Shown: positions 47,709-59,213 of the stretch, in pieces | Layout: every line of letters begins with the position of its first letter | How positions within the stretch are numbered: position 1 is the first letter of the stretch | Assembly: GCA_028280345.1 (NCBI GenBank) | Contig: JANQLY010000009.1 | Coordinates: forward strand, 43,402 to 107,401 | Source: Pseudomonadales bacterium | GTDB lineage: Bacteria > Pseudomonadota > Gammaproteobacteria > Pseudomonadales > UBA7239 | Reading direction: 5' to 3' | DNA length: 64,000 bases | Translations under genes and position numbers: made by a program | Notes under the pieces: generated by a model | Told to the model about the DNA's origin: nothing | What the model saw: the letters and a program-made list of their open reading frames with translations, nothing else | The model's database searches: none

Positions 47709-49430
47709 ATGAAAGTTAAACCCTGGGTGGCGCTATTAGTACTGATGATTTTTGGCGGCATCATTGGACTCAAGGTTTGGGCAGGGCATCAGTGGCGCTC
47801 TCTGGGTGGAGCCACGATGTTGCATGTGGACCGTCAGGGGCAGCTCTGGATCAATATCCATGAGCATTTATTCGCGTTCAATGAACAAGGCGAAGCCCTT
47901 GCGCAATACAATCTCAATGCCATTGATATTGAAGAATTGGCTGGCGGCTTTGCCTTCTTTGATAATGATGAAATTCTGCTGCGTTGGGGAACCTATGATC
48001 CATCTTTAATCAACAGGATATTGATTTTCTTTCGTTCCGGCACAGAGAATGACTTACTCAAGGGTGATGAAAATAAACTGGTGCGATGTCATACCGAAGC
48101 CTGGCATTGCCAGCCATTATCGAATTTCCCGGAGAGCTTCGTGCGCACCTTTCACCTGTATATCGACGGGAACAATGATATTTTCGTTGCTGATACCTCC
48201 AACCACAGACTTTTCTGGCTTGATGAGCACGGTATTGTTAAAGACAAAATTACCAGTGGCCTGCGTTTTCCTAATCAGGTACTTAAATACAATGGCCAGC
48301 TCTGGCTTGCCAATACCAACCGTCATCATATTGCCGTTATTGACATAGAAGAGGGAGTTTTGCAAACAGACTGGCGAGAGATTTCCATGAAAAATGAGGT
48401 GAGTAGCCCCCTTGATGAAATTTGGCCAGTGAATTTCGCGATTATAAATGAGCAACTATTTGTGCTTTCTCAAGGTAATAATCTTATGCGAGGTTCAGTG
48501 TATGCCTATGATCTTGAAGGCGAGCTGTTGCAGCGTTTTGATTTGGGCGGCGACAGTGATCCGGTAGCGATGACTGCATTCCGTGGAGAAATTCTGGTCA
48601 GCGATTATAGCCGTATGGTGATTGAACGTTTTGATATGGCGGGTAACAAGCTTGGAGAGTTTGATCCACAAGTATTGAAATCCATAACACTGTCTAACAA
48701 GATTAAACAACAGGAATACAAACAGCTTGATCAATGGTCGTTGTACCTGTTTGTTATTTTAATGATTCCTGGTTTTATTGTTGCGGCTGTGCTCGATAAG
48801 AAACACCGTGAAGAAACACAACAGAAAAGCACTGAGCAGCAGGCGGGAAAGATTTCCGGCAATATTGCCGGGATTGCCAAACCTGAGCCAGATGATACAG
48901 AAATTATCTGGCTTGAAGTTAAGGATAAATTCAAAAAGCAGTTAAAGTGGCTGCCTTGGCTATTTGCGGGCTTAATAGCTCTGCCTATGTTTTTATTACT
49001 GCTTGAGACTAGTCTGACTATGGTTATGGTTTGTTTGGGTCCGTTCCTGATGTTGCTGTTAGTGGTAGTGGCTCTCTACAAGCAATGTAAAAACGTGTTC
49101 AATAGTGCTATTGGTGTTAAGGGGCAGTGGCTGTTATTGCGCAGTGGCAATGGGGAGGTGGCGATTGGTAGTGGTGAGGAAATACTACGTCGACAGAAGC
49201 TGTTGATCATTGGTAGCAATTGTCTTGTTACGGGCTCTTACCATGGATCCTGGTTTGACGAAGGCAGCTATGAAGAACTGGTTGAGCCACGCCTTGTACT
49301 GGCTCGCGAGATCAGTGAAATGGAGTGGCTGCAATGGCAGTGGCAATACCGTCGTTCTTTGATACTTGTGCCTGCAGTATTAATAGTTGTGATGCTGTTG
49401 ATGTACTTACTGCTTAAAACAGCAATTTGA
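47709..49430 (+). CDS. membrane protein with NHL-repeat beta-propeller
   Basis: IFVADTSNHRL, LRFPN, LANTNRHHI repeats plus several TM helices. Confidence 0.72.
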   Translation: MKVKPWVALLVLMIFGGIIGLKVWAGHQWRSLGGATMLHVDRQGQLWINIHEHLFAFNEQGEALAQYNLNAIDIEELAGGFAFFDNDEILLRWGTYDPSLINRILIFFRSGTENDLLKGDENKLVRCHTEAWHCQPLSNFPESFVRTFHLYIDGNNDIFVADTSNHRLFWLDEHGIVKDKITSGLRFPNQVLKYNGQLWLANTNRHHIAVIDIEEGVLQTDWREISMKNEVSSPLDEIWPVNFAIINEQLFVLSQGNNLMRGSVYAYDLEGELLQRFDLGGDSDPVAMTAFRGEILVSDYSRMVIERFDMAGNKLGEFDPQVLKSITLSNKIKQQEYKQLDQWSLYLFVILMIPGFIVAAVLDKKHREETQQKSTEQQAGKISGNIAGIAKPEPDDTEIIWLEVKDKFKKQLKWLPWLFAGLIALPMFLLLLETSLTMVMVCLGPFLMLLLVVVALYKQCKNVFNSAIGVKGQWLLLRSGNGEVAIGSGEEILRRQKLLIIGSNCLVTGSYHGSWFDEGSYEELVEPRLVLAREISEMEWLQWQWQYRRSLILVPAVLIVVMLLMYLLLKTAI

Positions 49431-49597
49431 ACTTCCCGTTGATTATTATTTAACCTTCTGCTTATCAAGAAATAATCAAAATGGGTGAGCTGCACTATAT
49501 AACCCTGGTTCAAGTGTTGACAGTTGATGAAAAGTTGAGATTTAATGGCCCTTTCTGAGGTATAGGAATACCTCATTTATGATAGGAATCCATTTAG

Positions 49598-51565
49598 ATG
49601 ATCGTAGTAGCAGGTTGTGGCAGGGCTTTATTGGCGGCTGCCTTGTTGGTGTTGCCTGTCTTTTGGGCCGCAGCTGACGAAACCAGTGAAGAAGTTGATG
49701 TTTACTCGCTGACTCTTGAAGAGTTGGTCAATATCCCTGTGACATCAGCGACCTCAAAACAGGAAGAAAGCTTCCTGGAAGCTCCCGGCATTGTGTTTTA
49801 CGTAACAGCCCATGATATTGAAATGATGGGAGCCAATGATTTGCTCGATTTGTTGCGTCGCTTGCCAGGTATCGAATCTCCCTCGCTCTATCTGTTTCGC
49901 AACAACGTCACTTCTATCCGCGGTCAACACTCCGATACCATTGATACACGGGTATTACTGTTACTCAATGGCCGCCCGATGCGCGAAACCTATAACGGTG
50001 GAGTGAACTCGGCGATCTACCAGGGCTTCCCGTTATCGCGTATCCGCTGGCTTGAAGTGATTCGAGGGCCGGGCTCAGTATTACATGGTTCTGGTGCTTA
50101 TTCCGGTGTAATCAATATTGTGACAAAGGAGGCAGAAGAGGAACTGAAAGTCGATACGACGGTTAGTTACGGCTCGTTTGATACGAAAATCGTTGATGCC
50201 AGTGCCTCAGGTAAAGCGGGCGAGGTGGCCATAACCGGTGGATTGAAATTTTATACAATGGATGGTTGGGAGTATAAAACCCGTGATGTGGCCAATGTCT
50301 ACGATGAAACGGATTATGGCGAAGATAACTGGACAGGCACATTCAATGTCAATTACAAGAACCTTAACTTTGAGTATTTTGAAAGCCGCAATGAAACCGA
50401 TGTGCTTGGCACGACACCGCAGTGGCCGAGTGGTGAGGTCAATGCTCATCGGCGTTTTTTTAATCTGGGCTATACCTGGCAACACCACAGCAACTGGCGT
50501 TCGGAGTTTAATCTCACGCACAATTTTTACGACGGGCTAACGACAGATCCCACCAACGATAATGGTAGCAAGGACTATATGTTCGAGTTTACTGAGTATG
50601 GAAAGGTTTCCGAGCAGGTGAATCTGCTATTTGGTGCGACAAGGGAACGGCTGACCTGGTATCGGGTTAATGTGCCTGGGGATAGCGGTAAAGACTATGC
50701 AACCCGCGCCTATGGAGAAGCAGTATATCGCCCGCAGGATGGTGTACGTCTTGCTGCTGGCGTGCAGTATAACGAAGCGCCGGGTGCCGACTCGAATTAT
50801 TCACCGCGTCTGGCAGCTACCTTCACGTTTTACGAAAACTATGGTGCAAAACTACTGTATGGTGAAGCGTTCCGTGCCGCCTCTCAACTTGAGCGTAATG
50901 CACAAATTCTGCTGAATAATAATGTATTTTTTGAAGGCAAAGACGACCTTGACCCGGAAACCATTGAGACCTTTGATGCACAGCTGTTTTATTATAATGA
51001 TCGTGTTTTTACCGCATTCACCTATTATCAAAGCCGGGAAGATAGCACGATTGCATTGGATTTCAGTGGTATGCCGATTACCTATCGCAATGCAGGTGAG
51101 ACCAGATACGAAGGCCTGGAACTGGAATTTCGCTGGCAGCTTTATGACAATATACATATGGAAGGTTCTTATACCTACCAGACCAATGAAAATGAATTTG
51201 GGAAAAAAGGCACCAAGCTCACACCACAGTATATGGCCAAGCTGGGTTTTTCCTATGACAGCAGAACCGGTTATACCCTCGGAATCTTTAACAGCTACTT
51301 TGATGAATATACGACACGGATGATCGAGCCGGTGGTCTATAACCCGCCTAATGAAAGCTATCACCATCTGAGTATTAACTTTGTGACAGATCTGAATCAG
51401 GTTTTTGGCATTAATTCAAAATACCGTTCTACAATTACTCTCTACGGTGATAATCTGCTGGAGTCGGGCCCACAATATGCCCCGGATCTCGCACGCGCTG
51501 AAGTCAACACTTTCCCGATTCGTTCGGGCAGGGCATTATACCTGCGTTATCAGCTTGAATTTTAA
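49598..51565 (+). CDS. TonB-dependent receptor
   Basis: LTLEELVNIPVTSA, plug LLNGRP...IEVIRGPGS.L.G-like motif, YGEAFRA, C-terminal F. Confidence 0.9.
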   Translation: MIVVAGCGRALLAAALLVLPVFWAAADETSEEVDVYSLTLEELVNIPVTSATSKQEESFLEAPGIVFYVTAHDIEMMGANDLLDLLRRLPGIESPSLYLFRNNVTSIRGQHSDTIDTRVLLLLNGRPMRETYNGGVNSAIYQGFPLSRIRWLEVIRGPGSVLHGSGAYSGVINIVTKEAEEELKVDTTVSYGSFDTKIVDASASGKAGEVAITGGLKFYTMDGWEYKTRDVANVYDETDYGEDNWTGTFNVNYKNLNFEYFESRNETDVLGTTPQWPSGEVNAHRRFFNLGYTWQHHSNWRSEFNLTHNFYDGLTTDPTNDNGSKDYMFEFTEYGKVSEQVNLLFGATRERLTWYRVNVPGDSGKDYATRAYGEAVYRPQDGVRLAAGVQYNEAPGADSNYSPRLAATFTFYENYGAKLLYGEAFRAASQLERNAQILLNNNVFFEGKDDLDPETIETFDAQLFYYNDRVFTAFTYYQSREDSTIALDFSGMPITYRNAGETRYEGLELEFRWQLYDNIHMEGSYTYQTNENEFGKKGTKLTPQYMAKLGFSYDSRTGYTLGIFNSYFDEYTTRMIEPVVYNPPNESYHHLSINFVTDLNQVFGINSKYRSTITLYGDNLLESGPQYAPDLARAEVNTFPIRSGRALYLRYQLEF

Positions 51566-51623
51566 TCCTGCTATTTAACTTATATCATCTGTCCCGTTGC
51601 CCTTTGTCCATTAGCCGGGTAAG

Positions 51624-52688
51624 GTGATGGCCATTGAGAAATACGGCCAATCCATGCAAGCCATTACCATTGATAAAGATAGAAAAATTTTCATCGAGCG
51701 TGACAGCGGCAAACAGTTTCGCCCACTGGGTTTTAACTACGATCACGACGAGCAGTTTCGCCTTATTGAAGATTACTGGTTAACAGAATGGGACAAGGTA
51801 CTCCATGACCTGGATCGTATGTTACAACTGGGTGCCAATACCATTCGTTTGCATTTGCAAACTGTAAAGTTTTTGCCACAACCGGACCAGCCGAACTATC
51901 GTCAGCTTGATCAACTGGGAAAAATCATTGAGACAGCTGCTGCTATGGGACTGTATCTTAATATTACTGGCCTTGGTGCCTACCACCGGGAAGATCAGCC
52001 GGACTGGTATACATTTCAAAGAGAGCAGGCGCGTTGGCAAACCCAACAAAAATTCTGGCGCGAAGTCGCAAAGGTGACAAATGGACACAACAATGTGTTT
52101 TGCCTGAATATTATGAATGAGCCAGTTATTGCTGGAGGGCATCGGCTGCCGGGTGAGTGGCTTGCCAACAGCTTTGTTGATGGCAAGCACTACACGCAAT
52201 TTGTGGTGCTCAAGGGGCGCAGTCGCGATCGCGCTGCTCTGGCGCGCAAGTGGCTTGGCTTGATGTGTGAAGCTATCCGGGAACATGATAGTGAACATCT
52301 GTTAACGCTGGGACTTATGGACTGGTGCCTTGATCGTCCTGGTGAAATGAGTTCCGGTTTTGTACCACAGCAAATTGTGGATTTGCTGGATTTCCTATGT
52401 ATCCATGTTTATCCGGTAAATGGAAAACCGGAACACTTTGTAGAAACAGTAAGGGCTTTTAAACAGGGAAAACCGGTGGTGATCGAGGAATTTTCACATC
52501 TGGAATGCGAGCTCGAAGATATGCCGGCATTTCTGCAACTGGTTCGGGATGATATTGAAGGTTTAATCACATTTTATACCGACGATATAGAACCGGCAGA
52601 GACCTATGCGCAACGCGAACACAATCGTGGTATTGGTGAAATTATCGACTTCTTTTACCGGCATGGCCGGTTTCTGTTTGAAAAATAG
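51624..52688 (+). CDS. glycoside hydrolase family 5-like (TIM barrel)
   Basis: GFNY, GANTIR.H, NEP acid/base, H.YP, IEEF nucleophile; no signal peptide; start may be 51654. Confidence 0.8.
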   Translation: MMAIEKYGQSMQAITIDKDRKIFIERDSGKQFRPLGFNYDHDEQFRLIEDYWLTEWDKVLHDLDRMLQLGANTIRLHLQTVKFLPQPDQPNYRQLDQLGKIIETAAAMGLYLNITGLGAYHREDQPDWYTFQREQARWQTQQKFWREVAKVTNGHNNVFCLNIMNEPVIAGGHRLPGEWLANSFVDGKHYTQFVVLKGRSRDRAALARKWLGLMCEAIREHDSEHLLTLGLMDWCLDRPGEMSSGFVPQQIVDLLDFLCIHVYPVNGKPEHFVETVRAFKQGKPVVIEEFSHLECELEDMPAFLQLVRDDIEGLITFYTDDIEPAETYAQREHNRGIGEIIDFFYRHGRFLFEK

Positions 52689-52733
52689 CTGCCGGACAAG
52701 GCCCGGCAGCTATGCGGATATGTGAGTTGTTGT

Positions 52734-55085
52734 CTAGTCTGTGAGTGTGACAAAAACCCGATCAAGATCGCCGTTAAACGGATACGGATCGACATAATGA
52801 CGTGACACCTGGGTGCCGGTGTCACGTCCAACATCAAAGGTCTCTGCCAGCGAATAGGTACTGATATGCATCTTCGGCATATTGGTTTCGGCCACTTTTT
52901 CGCCGTTGATATACAGTTCACCTGTACCGGCGAATTCTCCGGTTTTAATAAAGTTGAACTTCATGTCGACGATACCATCGGGCAGGGGTGGTGACTTAAG
53001 AATATAGTGCACACCGTCCAGATAGTTGTAATCGTAGTAAAGTCGATTATTTTTGATAAACAAGCTGAAGCCGCCGGTCATGCCACCGACCGCGACAATC
53101 ACACCCTCGTCTTCACCATCAAGATCAATGGTTGTCGTAATTGTATGGGAACGATTTTTCACCGGGGCCGAGGCTTTTTCTGCAATACGTACAGCGCCCG
53201 GATAATAGTAGATAAACTCCTTTTGGTCGCCAAACAGACGATCCTGCTGTTTGGCAAGGCGCGTAATCATATCGTCATAGAGTGGATAGACATTATATTT
53301 CCATGCTTCTTCATCAAAGATGGCGATGAGTTCTTCAAGTTTTTCCGGATGTTTCTCTGCGAGGTTATTGCTCTCGGAGAAATCCTCAGCAACGTGGTAA
53401 AGTTCCCATTCATCTTCTTCAAATGGTAATACTACGTTCAATTCCCAGGGGAGTCGTTCAGCATGTAAGGTGACTGCTTTCCAGCCATCAACCCAGATAG
53501 CGCGGTTGCCAAACATTTCATAGTACTGTCGTTGCTTGCGGTTAGGTGCATCGGCTTTATTAAATGAGTACATCATGGAAACGCCATCCATCGGTTGCTG
53601 TTCAACCCCGTGATAGGTTTCCGGTACGGTAATGCCTACAGCTTCCATAATAGTCGGTGCAATATCGCTGATATGATGATATTGGTTGCGGACTTCACCT
53701 TTGTTTTTGATTCCGTTAGGCCAATGGACAACCAGGTGGTCGTGTTGGCCGCCGCGGTGTTCGCTTTGTTTGAAATAGCGAAACGGGGTATTGCCGGCCA
53801 TTGCCCAGCCAGCATGATAGTGAGGGTAGGTGTTTGCGCGCCCCCAGTCTTCATAGTGACGCATATTGGCTTCAAACGGGGTTTGTAAACCGTTAAGCAC
53901 ATAGGTTTCATTAAATGTACCAGCGAGGCCGCCTTCACCACTTGCACCGTTATCGGCAGTGACAAAAATCAGTGTGTTATCCAGCTCACCGATACGTTCA
54001 AGGGTGTCTACAACACGACCGATTTGCAAATCTACCCATTCCATTTGTGCAGCGAACACTTCCATCTGTTTTGCATAGAGCTGTTGTTCTTCATCCGAGA
54101 GTGAATCCCAGGCGGGAATTGCATCAATGCGTTCTGTGAGTTGAGTGTTTTTCGGAATAATGCCGAGTTCTTTCTGTTGCTTGATAATCTGCTCGCGCGC
54201 TTCATCCCAGCCCATATCAAACTTGCCACGGTATTTGGCAATAAAATCATCCGGAGCGTGGTGAGGAGAGTGCATGGAGCCTGATGCCCACAGCATCATA
54301 AACGGCAAGTCCGGCTTGATTGATTTGTGTCCAGTAATCCATTGAATTGCTCGGTCGGCAAGATCTTTGTCGAGATGCTCGGACTTTCGATAAGGTTCGG
54401 GAGTGTGGTCGTTCCACATCACCGGTACAAACTGGTGAACATCTGCTGCCATAAATGTATAGGCATGTTGAAAGCCTTCGCCACTGGGCCAACGGTCAAA
54501 TGGGCCAACCTGGGATACTTCATAGAGCGGAGTATGATCCCATTTGCCGAGAGCATAGTTAATGTAACCATGTTCCTGTAGATAGTTGGCAACTGATTTG
54601 GCTGATTCCGGCATTACCGCGTTATAACCGGGGAAACCCATTGCGGTCAGGGCGTGGCTACCAAGGCCAATAGAGTGTGGGTTACGTCCGGCCATCAGCG
54701 AAGCGCGCGATGGTGAGCACAGAGCTGTAGTGTGAAAGTTGTTATAGCGCAGGCCATTGCTTGCGAGTTTGTCGATATTCGGTGTGTTGATTAAACCGCC
54801 AAAGCTACCTACTTGGGCAAAACCTACATCGTCAAGCAAAAAGATAACAACGTTCGGCGCATCTGCAGGAGGACCTTGCTCTTCCGGCCACCATTCGACC
54901 GAATCTTCATAGCGTTCGGCAATAACACCACCAAAGCCTTCCACGGTTTTGGTTTTAACATCACCACTACTTTTGGGTGTATCACTACTGGTAGAAGATG
55001 TCTCCGGTTCATCGCCGCCACAGGCAGCCAGTAGTAATGTCAGGAATAGGGTAAAAAGGAAGGGGAGAGACAGAAGCTTTTTCAT
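52734..55085 (-). CDS. arylsulfatase (lipoprotein, AtsA-like)
   Basis: Lipobox LLAAC; PNVV..LLDD.G, CSPSRASLMAGR formylglycine motif, GKW.H, ADNG. Confidence 0.92.
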   Translation of the reverse strand: MKKLLSLPFLFTLFLTLLLAACGGDEPETSSTSSDTPKSSGDVKTKTVEGFGGVIAERYEDSVEWWPEEQGPPADAPNVVIFLLDDVGFAQVGSFGGLINTPNIDKLASNGLRYNNFHTTALCSPSRASLMAGRNPHSIGLGSHALTAMGFPGYNAVMPESAKSVANYLQEHGYINYALGKWDHTPLYEVSQVGPFDRWPSGEGFQHAYTFMAADVHQFVPVMWNDHTPEPYRKSEHLDKDLADRAIQWITGHKSIKPDLPFMMLWASGSMHSPHHAPDDFIAKYRGKFDMGWDEAREQIIKQQKELGIIPKNTQLTERIDAIPAWDSLSDEEQQLYAKQMEVFAAQMEWVDLQIGRVVDTLERIGELDNTLIFVTADNGASGEGGLAGTFNETYVLNGLQTPFEANMRHYEDWGRANTYPHYHAGWAMAGNTPFRYFKQSEHRGGQHDHLVVHWPNGIKNKGEVRNQYHHISDIAPTIMEAVGITVPETYHGVEQQPMDGVSMMYSFNKADAPNRKQRQYYEMFGNRAIWVDGWKAVTLHAERLPWELNVVLPFEEDEWELYHVAEDFSESNNLAEKHPEKLEELIAIFDEEAWKYNVYPLYDDMITRLAKQQDRLFGDQKEFIYYYPGAVRIAEKASAPVKNRSHTITTTIDLDGEDEGVIVAVGGMTGGFSLFIKNNRLYYDYNYLDGVHYILKSPPLPDGIVDMKFNFIKTGEFAGTGELYINGEKVAETNMPKMHISTYSLAETFDVGRDTGTQVSRHYVDPYPFNGDLDRVFVTLTD

Positions 55086-55280
55086 AGCAGATATCCTTGC
55101 ATCGGGGCTAACAAAAAATGATCAAGCGTATGTCTTTGTATCAACCCTTAACAGCGACATCATGGATAATATAGCCATATAGATATCAGGTAATACAGAA
55201 CATACAGTCATTGCAGAATGAATAGACAACGACAGACAGCTAACGTTAAAACAAAGCCGGTACGATGTAAACGCCAAAGT

Positions 55281-55310
55281 AAAAAGGCCCCGTCAGATAG
55301 CGGGGCCTTT
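55281..55310 (-). terminator. terminator downstream of glcB
   Basis: AAAAAGGCCCCG-N8-CGGGGCCTTT. Confidence 0.7.
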
Positions 55311-55350
55311 AGGATAGTGATAAAAGCTCGGAAGAGGTGTGAAATATGCC

Positions 55351-57543
55351 TTAACTTGCCTTGAGCTCACGGCGGCGGCGGTGCAAGACTGGCTCGGTAT
55401 ATCCATTCGGCTGATGCACACCACCAAATACCAGCTCGCAGGCTGCCTGAAAAGCCACGGACTCATCGAAGTTCGGTGCCATTGGTTTGTAATCCGGGTC
55501 GTTGGCATTCTGCCGGTCTACGACCAGTGCCATACGCTTGAATGTTTCGAGTACCTGGATACGTTTTACAAAATCATGGCGTAGCCAGTTGGCAATGTGT
55601 TGGCTGGAAATGCGCAGTGTGGCGCGGTCTTCCATCAGGCCTATATCATTAATGTCAGGAACTTTTGAGCAGCCAATGCCGAGATCAATCCAGCGCACTA
55701 CGTAGCCGAGAATGCCCTGACAATTGTTGTCGAGCTCCTGCTGAATTTCTTCTTCAGACAGTTCGGTGTCGCCGAGCAGTGGTAGAGTAAGAATATCGTC
55801 AAGGCTTGCGCGTGGTCGATTTTTCAATTCATCCTGGCGGTCACTGACAAGTAACTGGTGATAGTGGGTAGAGTGTAAGGTGGCCGCTGTGGGTGAGGGC
55901 ACCCAGGCGGTATTGGCGCCGGCACCAAGATGAGCCATCTTGGTATTCAGCATCTCTGCCATCAGGTCAGGCTTTGGCCACATGCCTTTACCGATTTGTG
56001 CTACACCCTGCAAGCCACATTCCAGACCGATGTCCACATTCCAGTTTTCATAGGCCTGAATCCATTTTTCCTGCTTCATGGCCTCCTTGCGAATCATTAC
56101 ACCGGCTTCCATCGAGGTATGAATCTCATCACCGGTACGATCAAGGAAACCGGTATTAATAAAGATAATACGCTCTTGCGCAGCGCGGATACACTCTTTG
56201 AGGTTAACGGTGGTACGGCGCTCTTCATCCATAATGCCAATTTTTAATGTGTTGCGCGGTAGTTTGAATGCATCTTCGACCTTGTCGAACAGTTCACAGG
56301 CAAACGCCACTTCTTCCGGGCCGTGCATCTTCGGTTTAACAATGTACATGGAGCCGGTGCGAGAGTTGCGCAACTGGTTCAGACCTTTAATGTCGTAAAG
56401 GGAAATCAGTGTAGTAATCACTGCATCAATGATACCTTCAGGGACTTCTTCACCTTTTAACAGTACTGCCTCGTTAGTCATCAGGTGTCCCACATTGCGA
56501 ATCAACAACAGAGAGCGCCCGTGCAGGGTCATCGGCTGACCCTTTGGATTTGAGAAATGTAAATCCGCGGCCATACTGCGAGTCAGGCTCTTGCCATTTT
56601 TATCAAAGGTTTCAGTCAAGGTGCCGCGCATCAGGCCAAGCCAGTTGCGATAAACTTCGGCTTTGTCGGCACCATCAGCGGCAGCAACAGAATCCTCACA
56701 ATCCTGAATTGTGGTAATCGCCGATTCCAGTACGATGTCCTTGATACTGGCGCTATCGTCTTTTCCAATCGGATGTCCAGGGTCGATTTGTAAAATGGCA
56801 TGCAGATTGTTGTTGCGCAGTAAAATCTCTGCCGGTGCATCAACGCGTCCGTTATAACCGGCAAATCTGTCTGTGTGTAGTAAACCGGTAGTTGAACCGT
56901 CCTTTAATTCAATTTGTAGCTGACGATTATCAACTGTGTAATTCACCGCATCGGCATGGGAGCCGCTGACTAGTGGTGCCATTTGATCGAGAAACTCGCG
57001 CCCCCACGCAATGACTTTTGCGCCCCGTGTCGGGTTATAGGCTGCGGTTTTTTCAGCGCCATCTTCGTCGCCAATCACATCGGTTCCGTAAAGCGCATCG
57101 TAGAGTGACCCCCAGCGTGCATTGGTAGCGTTTAATGCATAGCGTGCATTTTTGACTGGAACTACAAGTTGCGGACCGGCAATGGTTGCGATTTCATCAT
57201 CCACATTGCTGGTAGATACGGTAAAGTCTGGGCCCTCGGGTAACAGATAACCGATTTTCTCGAGAAACTTTTTGTACTGAGCTGCATCGTGGGGTGCATC
57301 ACAGCGCGACTGGTGCCAGGTGTTGATTTCCGCCTGTAGCTTGTAGCGTTTTAATAGCAGAATATTGTTCTTTGGCGCCATCTCAGTAACGACACTTTCG
57401 AGCACAGCCCAGAACGACTCAGGCTCCATACCGAGATCCGGCAGTATTTCGTTAACAACAAGATCATAGACCGGTTTTGCGATCGCGAGGTCGCTGTCTG
57501 GAATATGCTGGTGTGTGGAATCTGAAGCCGAATATGAAGCCAT
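55351..57543 (-). CDS. glcB: malate synthase G
   Basis: [64 protein letters not shown]; ATG 57543 or TTG 57558. Confidence 0.97.
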   Translation of the reverse strand: MASYSASDSTHQHIPDSDLAIAKPVYDLVVNEILPDLGMEPESFWAVLESVVTEMAPKNNILLLKRYKLQAEINTWHQSRCDAPHDAAQYKKFLEKIGYLLPEGPDFTVSTSNVDDEIATIAGPQLVVPVKNARYALNATNARWGSLYDALYGTDVIGDEDGAEKTAAYNPTRGAKVIAWGREFLDQMAPLVSGSHADAVNYTVDNRQLQIELKDGSTTGLLHTDRFAGYNGRVDAPAEILLRNNNLHAILQIDPGHPIGKDDSASIKDIVLESAITTIQDCEDSVAAADGADKAEVYRNWLGLMRGTLTETFDKNGKSLTRSMAADLHFSNPKGQPMTLHGRSLLLIRNVGHLMTNEAVLLKGEEVPEGIIDAVITTLISLYDIKGLNQLRNSRTGSMYIVKPKMHGPEEVAFACELFDKVEDAFKLPRNTLKIGIMDEERRTTVNLKECIRAAQERIIFINTGFLDRTGDEIHTSMEAGVMIRKEAMKQEKWIQAYENWNVDIGLECGLQGVAQIGKGMWPKPDLMAEMLNTKMAHLGAGANTAWVPSPTAATLHSTHYHQLLVSDRQDELKNRPRASLDDILTLPLLGDTELSEEEIQQELDNNCQGILGYVVRWIDLGIGCSKVPDINDIGLMEDRATLRISSQHIANWLRHDFVKRIQVLETFKRMALVVDRQNANDPDYKPMAPNFDESVAFQAACELVFGGVHQPNGYTEPVLHRRRRELKAS

Positions 57544-57713
57544 AATGTTACCTGCCAATCATGGGTGTTATCTGGAAAGCGGCGCATTATAGCGGTTATT
57601 GTCGTGAAAATGTGCAGCGATAAAAAGAATCGGGTGGTAGTCAGATAAGGGGATAGGGCATAGGTAATATTCCTTTAAATTTCAGTGGTTTATGTTTCTA
57701 TTGGAGGTGGCTT

Positions 57714-58280
57714 TTATTCACTCGCTCCACTTCTTTCCGTCTGTCCGGGGCTAACAAGCTCGAAAGACTGGGCAAGTATTCGTTTCCCATTGATGTAATA
57801 ACTGAAAGTCCAGCTGCCGGTGACCACTTCATAGTCTTTATCCAGGCGATAGGCGCTACCGCGGTTGGCATAGCCGTTGCGAAACAAGGCCTGAATCGTC
57901 ATGCGCTGTTCTGTAAGAGTACGCCCATCCGGAAGTTGCATCTCCGGGTGTGTAATGACCAGAGTGATGGGTACATTGCCATCCAGCTCCTCGCTGTATA
58001 GCTCACAGGAAAAACCAAATCGGGTACCTAGTAGCGCCGGTATCTGTTTTGTTATGTGCTCAAAGTGCATTTGCCGGATTGAAAAATGGCGTTGCTCTCC
58101 GGTAACTATATCCGGGTTTTGTGTTGTTGCGAGCGGTTGAATGTCATGATTAATGACACCGTAGGCGTTTACGTGAGCGATGATACCTGGCTTTATTGAA
58201 CCATCAGTGGTAGCGGGCAGGGCACTGGAGTGAAATAAGGTGAAGGTTACATAAAGAAGAAGTAATATCGTGTTACGCAT
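57714..58280 (-). CDS. secreted DUF3859-like protein
   Basis: Signal peptide; YG..., T.QIPA.LG.RFG, THP, E.V.G.W.F...F.L. Confidence 0.7.
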   Translation of the reverse strand: MRNTILLLLYVTFTLFHSSALPATTDGSIKPGIIAHVNAYGVINHDIQPLATTQNPDIVTGEQRHFSIRQMHFEHITKQIPALLGTRFGFSCELYSEELDGNVPITLVITHPEMQLPDGRTLTEQRMTIQALFRNGYANRGSAYRLDKDYEVVTGSWTFSYYINGKRILAQSFELVSPGQTERSGASE

Positions 58281-58283
58281 AAG

Positions 58284-58595
58284 CTATCTGCGCCTCGCTT
58301 TCTCTGCTCGTCTCAGGATCGTTGAAGGTGTTGTGTCAAGTGCAAGGGAAATAGCAAATAGTTTATTGATCGTGGTGTTAATTTCACCACGCTCAATTCG
58401 CGAGTAATAGTTAACATTGATGTCCGCATGTTCGGCGACATCTTCGTGTGTGAGTTTAAGTTTTTCCCTTCTTTCCTTGAGCGCAGCACCTACCCATATT
58501 AAATATTCACTACTCCTCATAAACGCACAGTAATGCTTTAACCCGGGTTTAACCAGTTCATATATGGATGGTTGGGGTCTGGATTTCAGTGCCAT
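58284..58595 (-). CDS. XRE-family HTH transcriptional regulator
   Basis: G..LKERR...LT.EDVAE.A.I..NY.SRIERGE.N; start may be 58520. Confidence 0.85.
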   Translation of the reverse strand: MALKSRPQPSIYELVKPGLKHYCAFMRSSEYLIWVGAALKERREKLKLTHEDVAEHADINVNYYSRIERGEINTTINKLFAISLALDTTPSTILRRAEKARRR

Positions 58596-59213
58596 AAAGT
58601 AAAAATAAATGTATTAATTAGTAGACATTTTAAGATGATCTGCTAGTATGTCCAGTATTGTAGACATATTATTAAGCGTGATGTCTGCAAACAACTGGAA
58701 AGTTTTATCGATGTATATAGATGTATAAAAGGGAATCGAAAATGATAGAAAGAATTATTTTGCCGTTAAATACCAGGGAGGGGATGTCATGACATAAAAC
58801 ATTACTGCGCGATACCGCTCAGCATGGTGTTGATTGAGAGGTGTTGTGTTTTTTAAAAAAGATTTCAGAAAAGTCAGTTGTTATTTCTTTTAGGACATTG
58901 TTCATGCGATCCCTAACAGGCTGCTGGAAGTATTTTTTAAAGATATCGTTATAAAAATACTGTTGTAAAAAGTGCCGCATGAGTGATGTGCACAGTGTTC
59001 ACTGCTCTTTGACTATAAGGGTAGGGCTAACTGCGTTTTGAAATCTGCTTTTTCTATTGCGCTTGTTGTGGTTTGACTTGCAAGGGTGGCTATTGCCTTG
59101 GAATTTGCAAGTAACTATTACTCAGGTGCTGTGATTCAAGGGCGTGTCATGTAGTGCCTGTAAGGCTAGTAGAAACTACTACATGAAGTACGCATTTTAA
59201 GCGCAGCTTTAAG

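Noticed and set aside
58742-58792. 16-codon ORF MIERIILPLNTREGMS in the RHS leader
   Set aside because: Too short, with no recognisable motif or attenuator structure.
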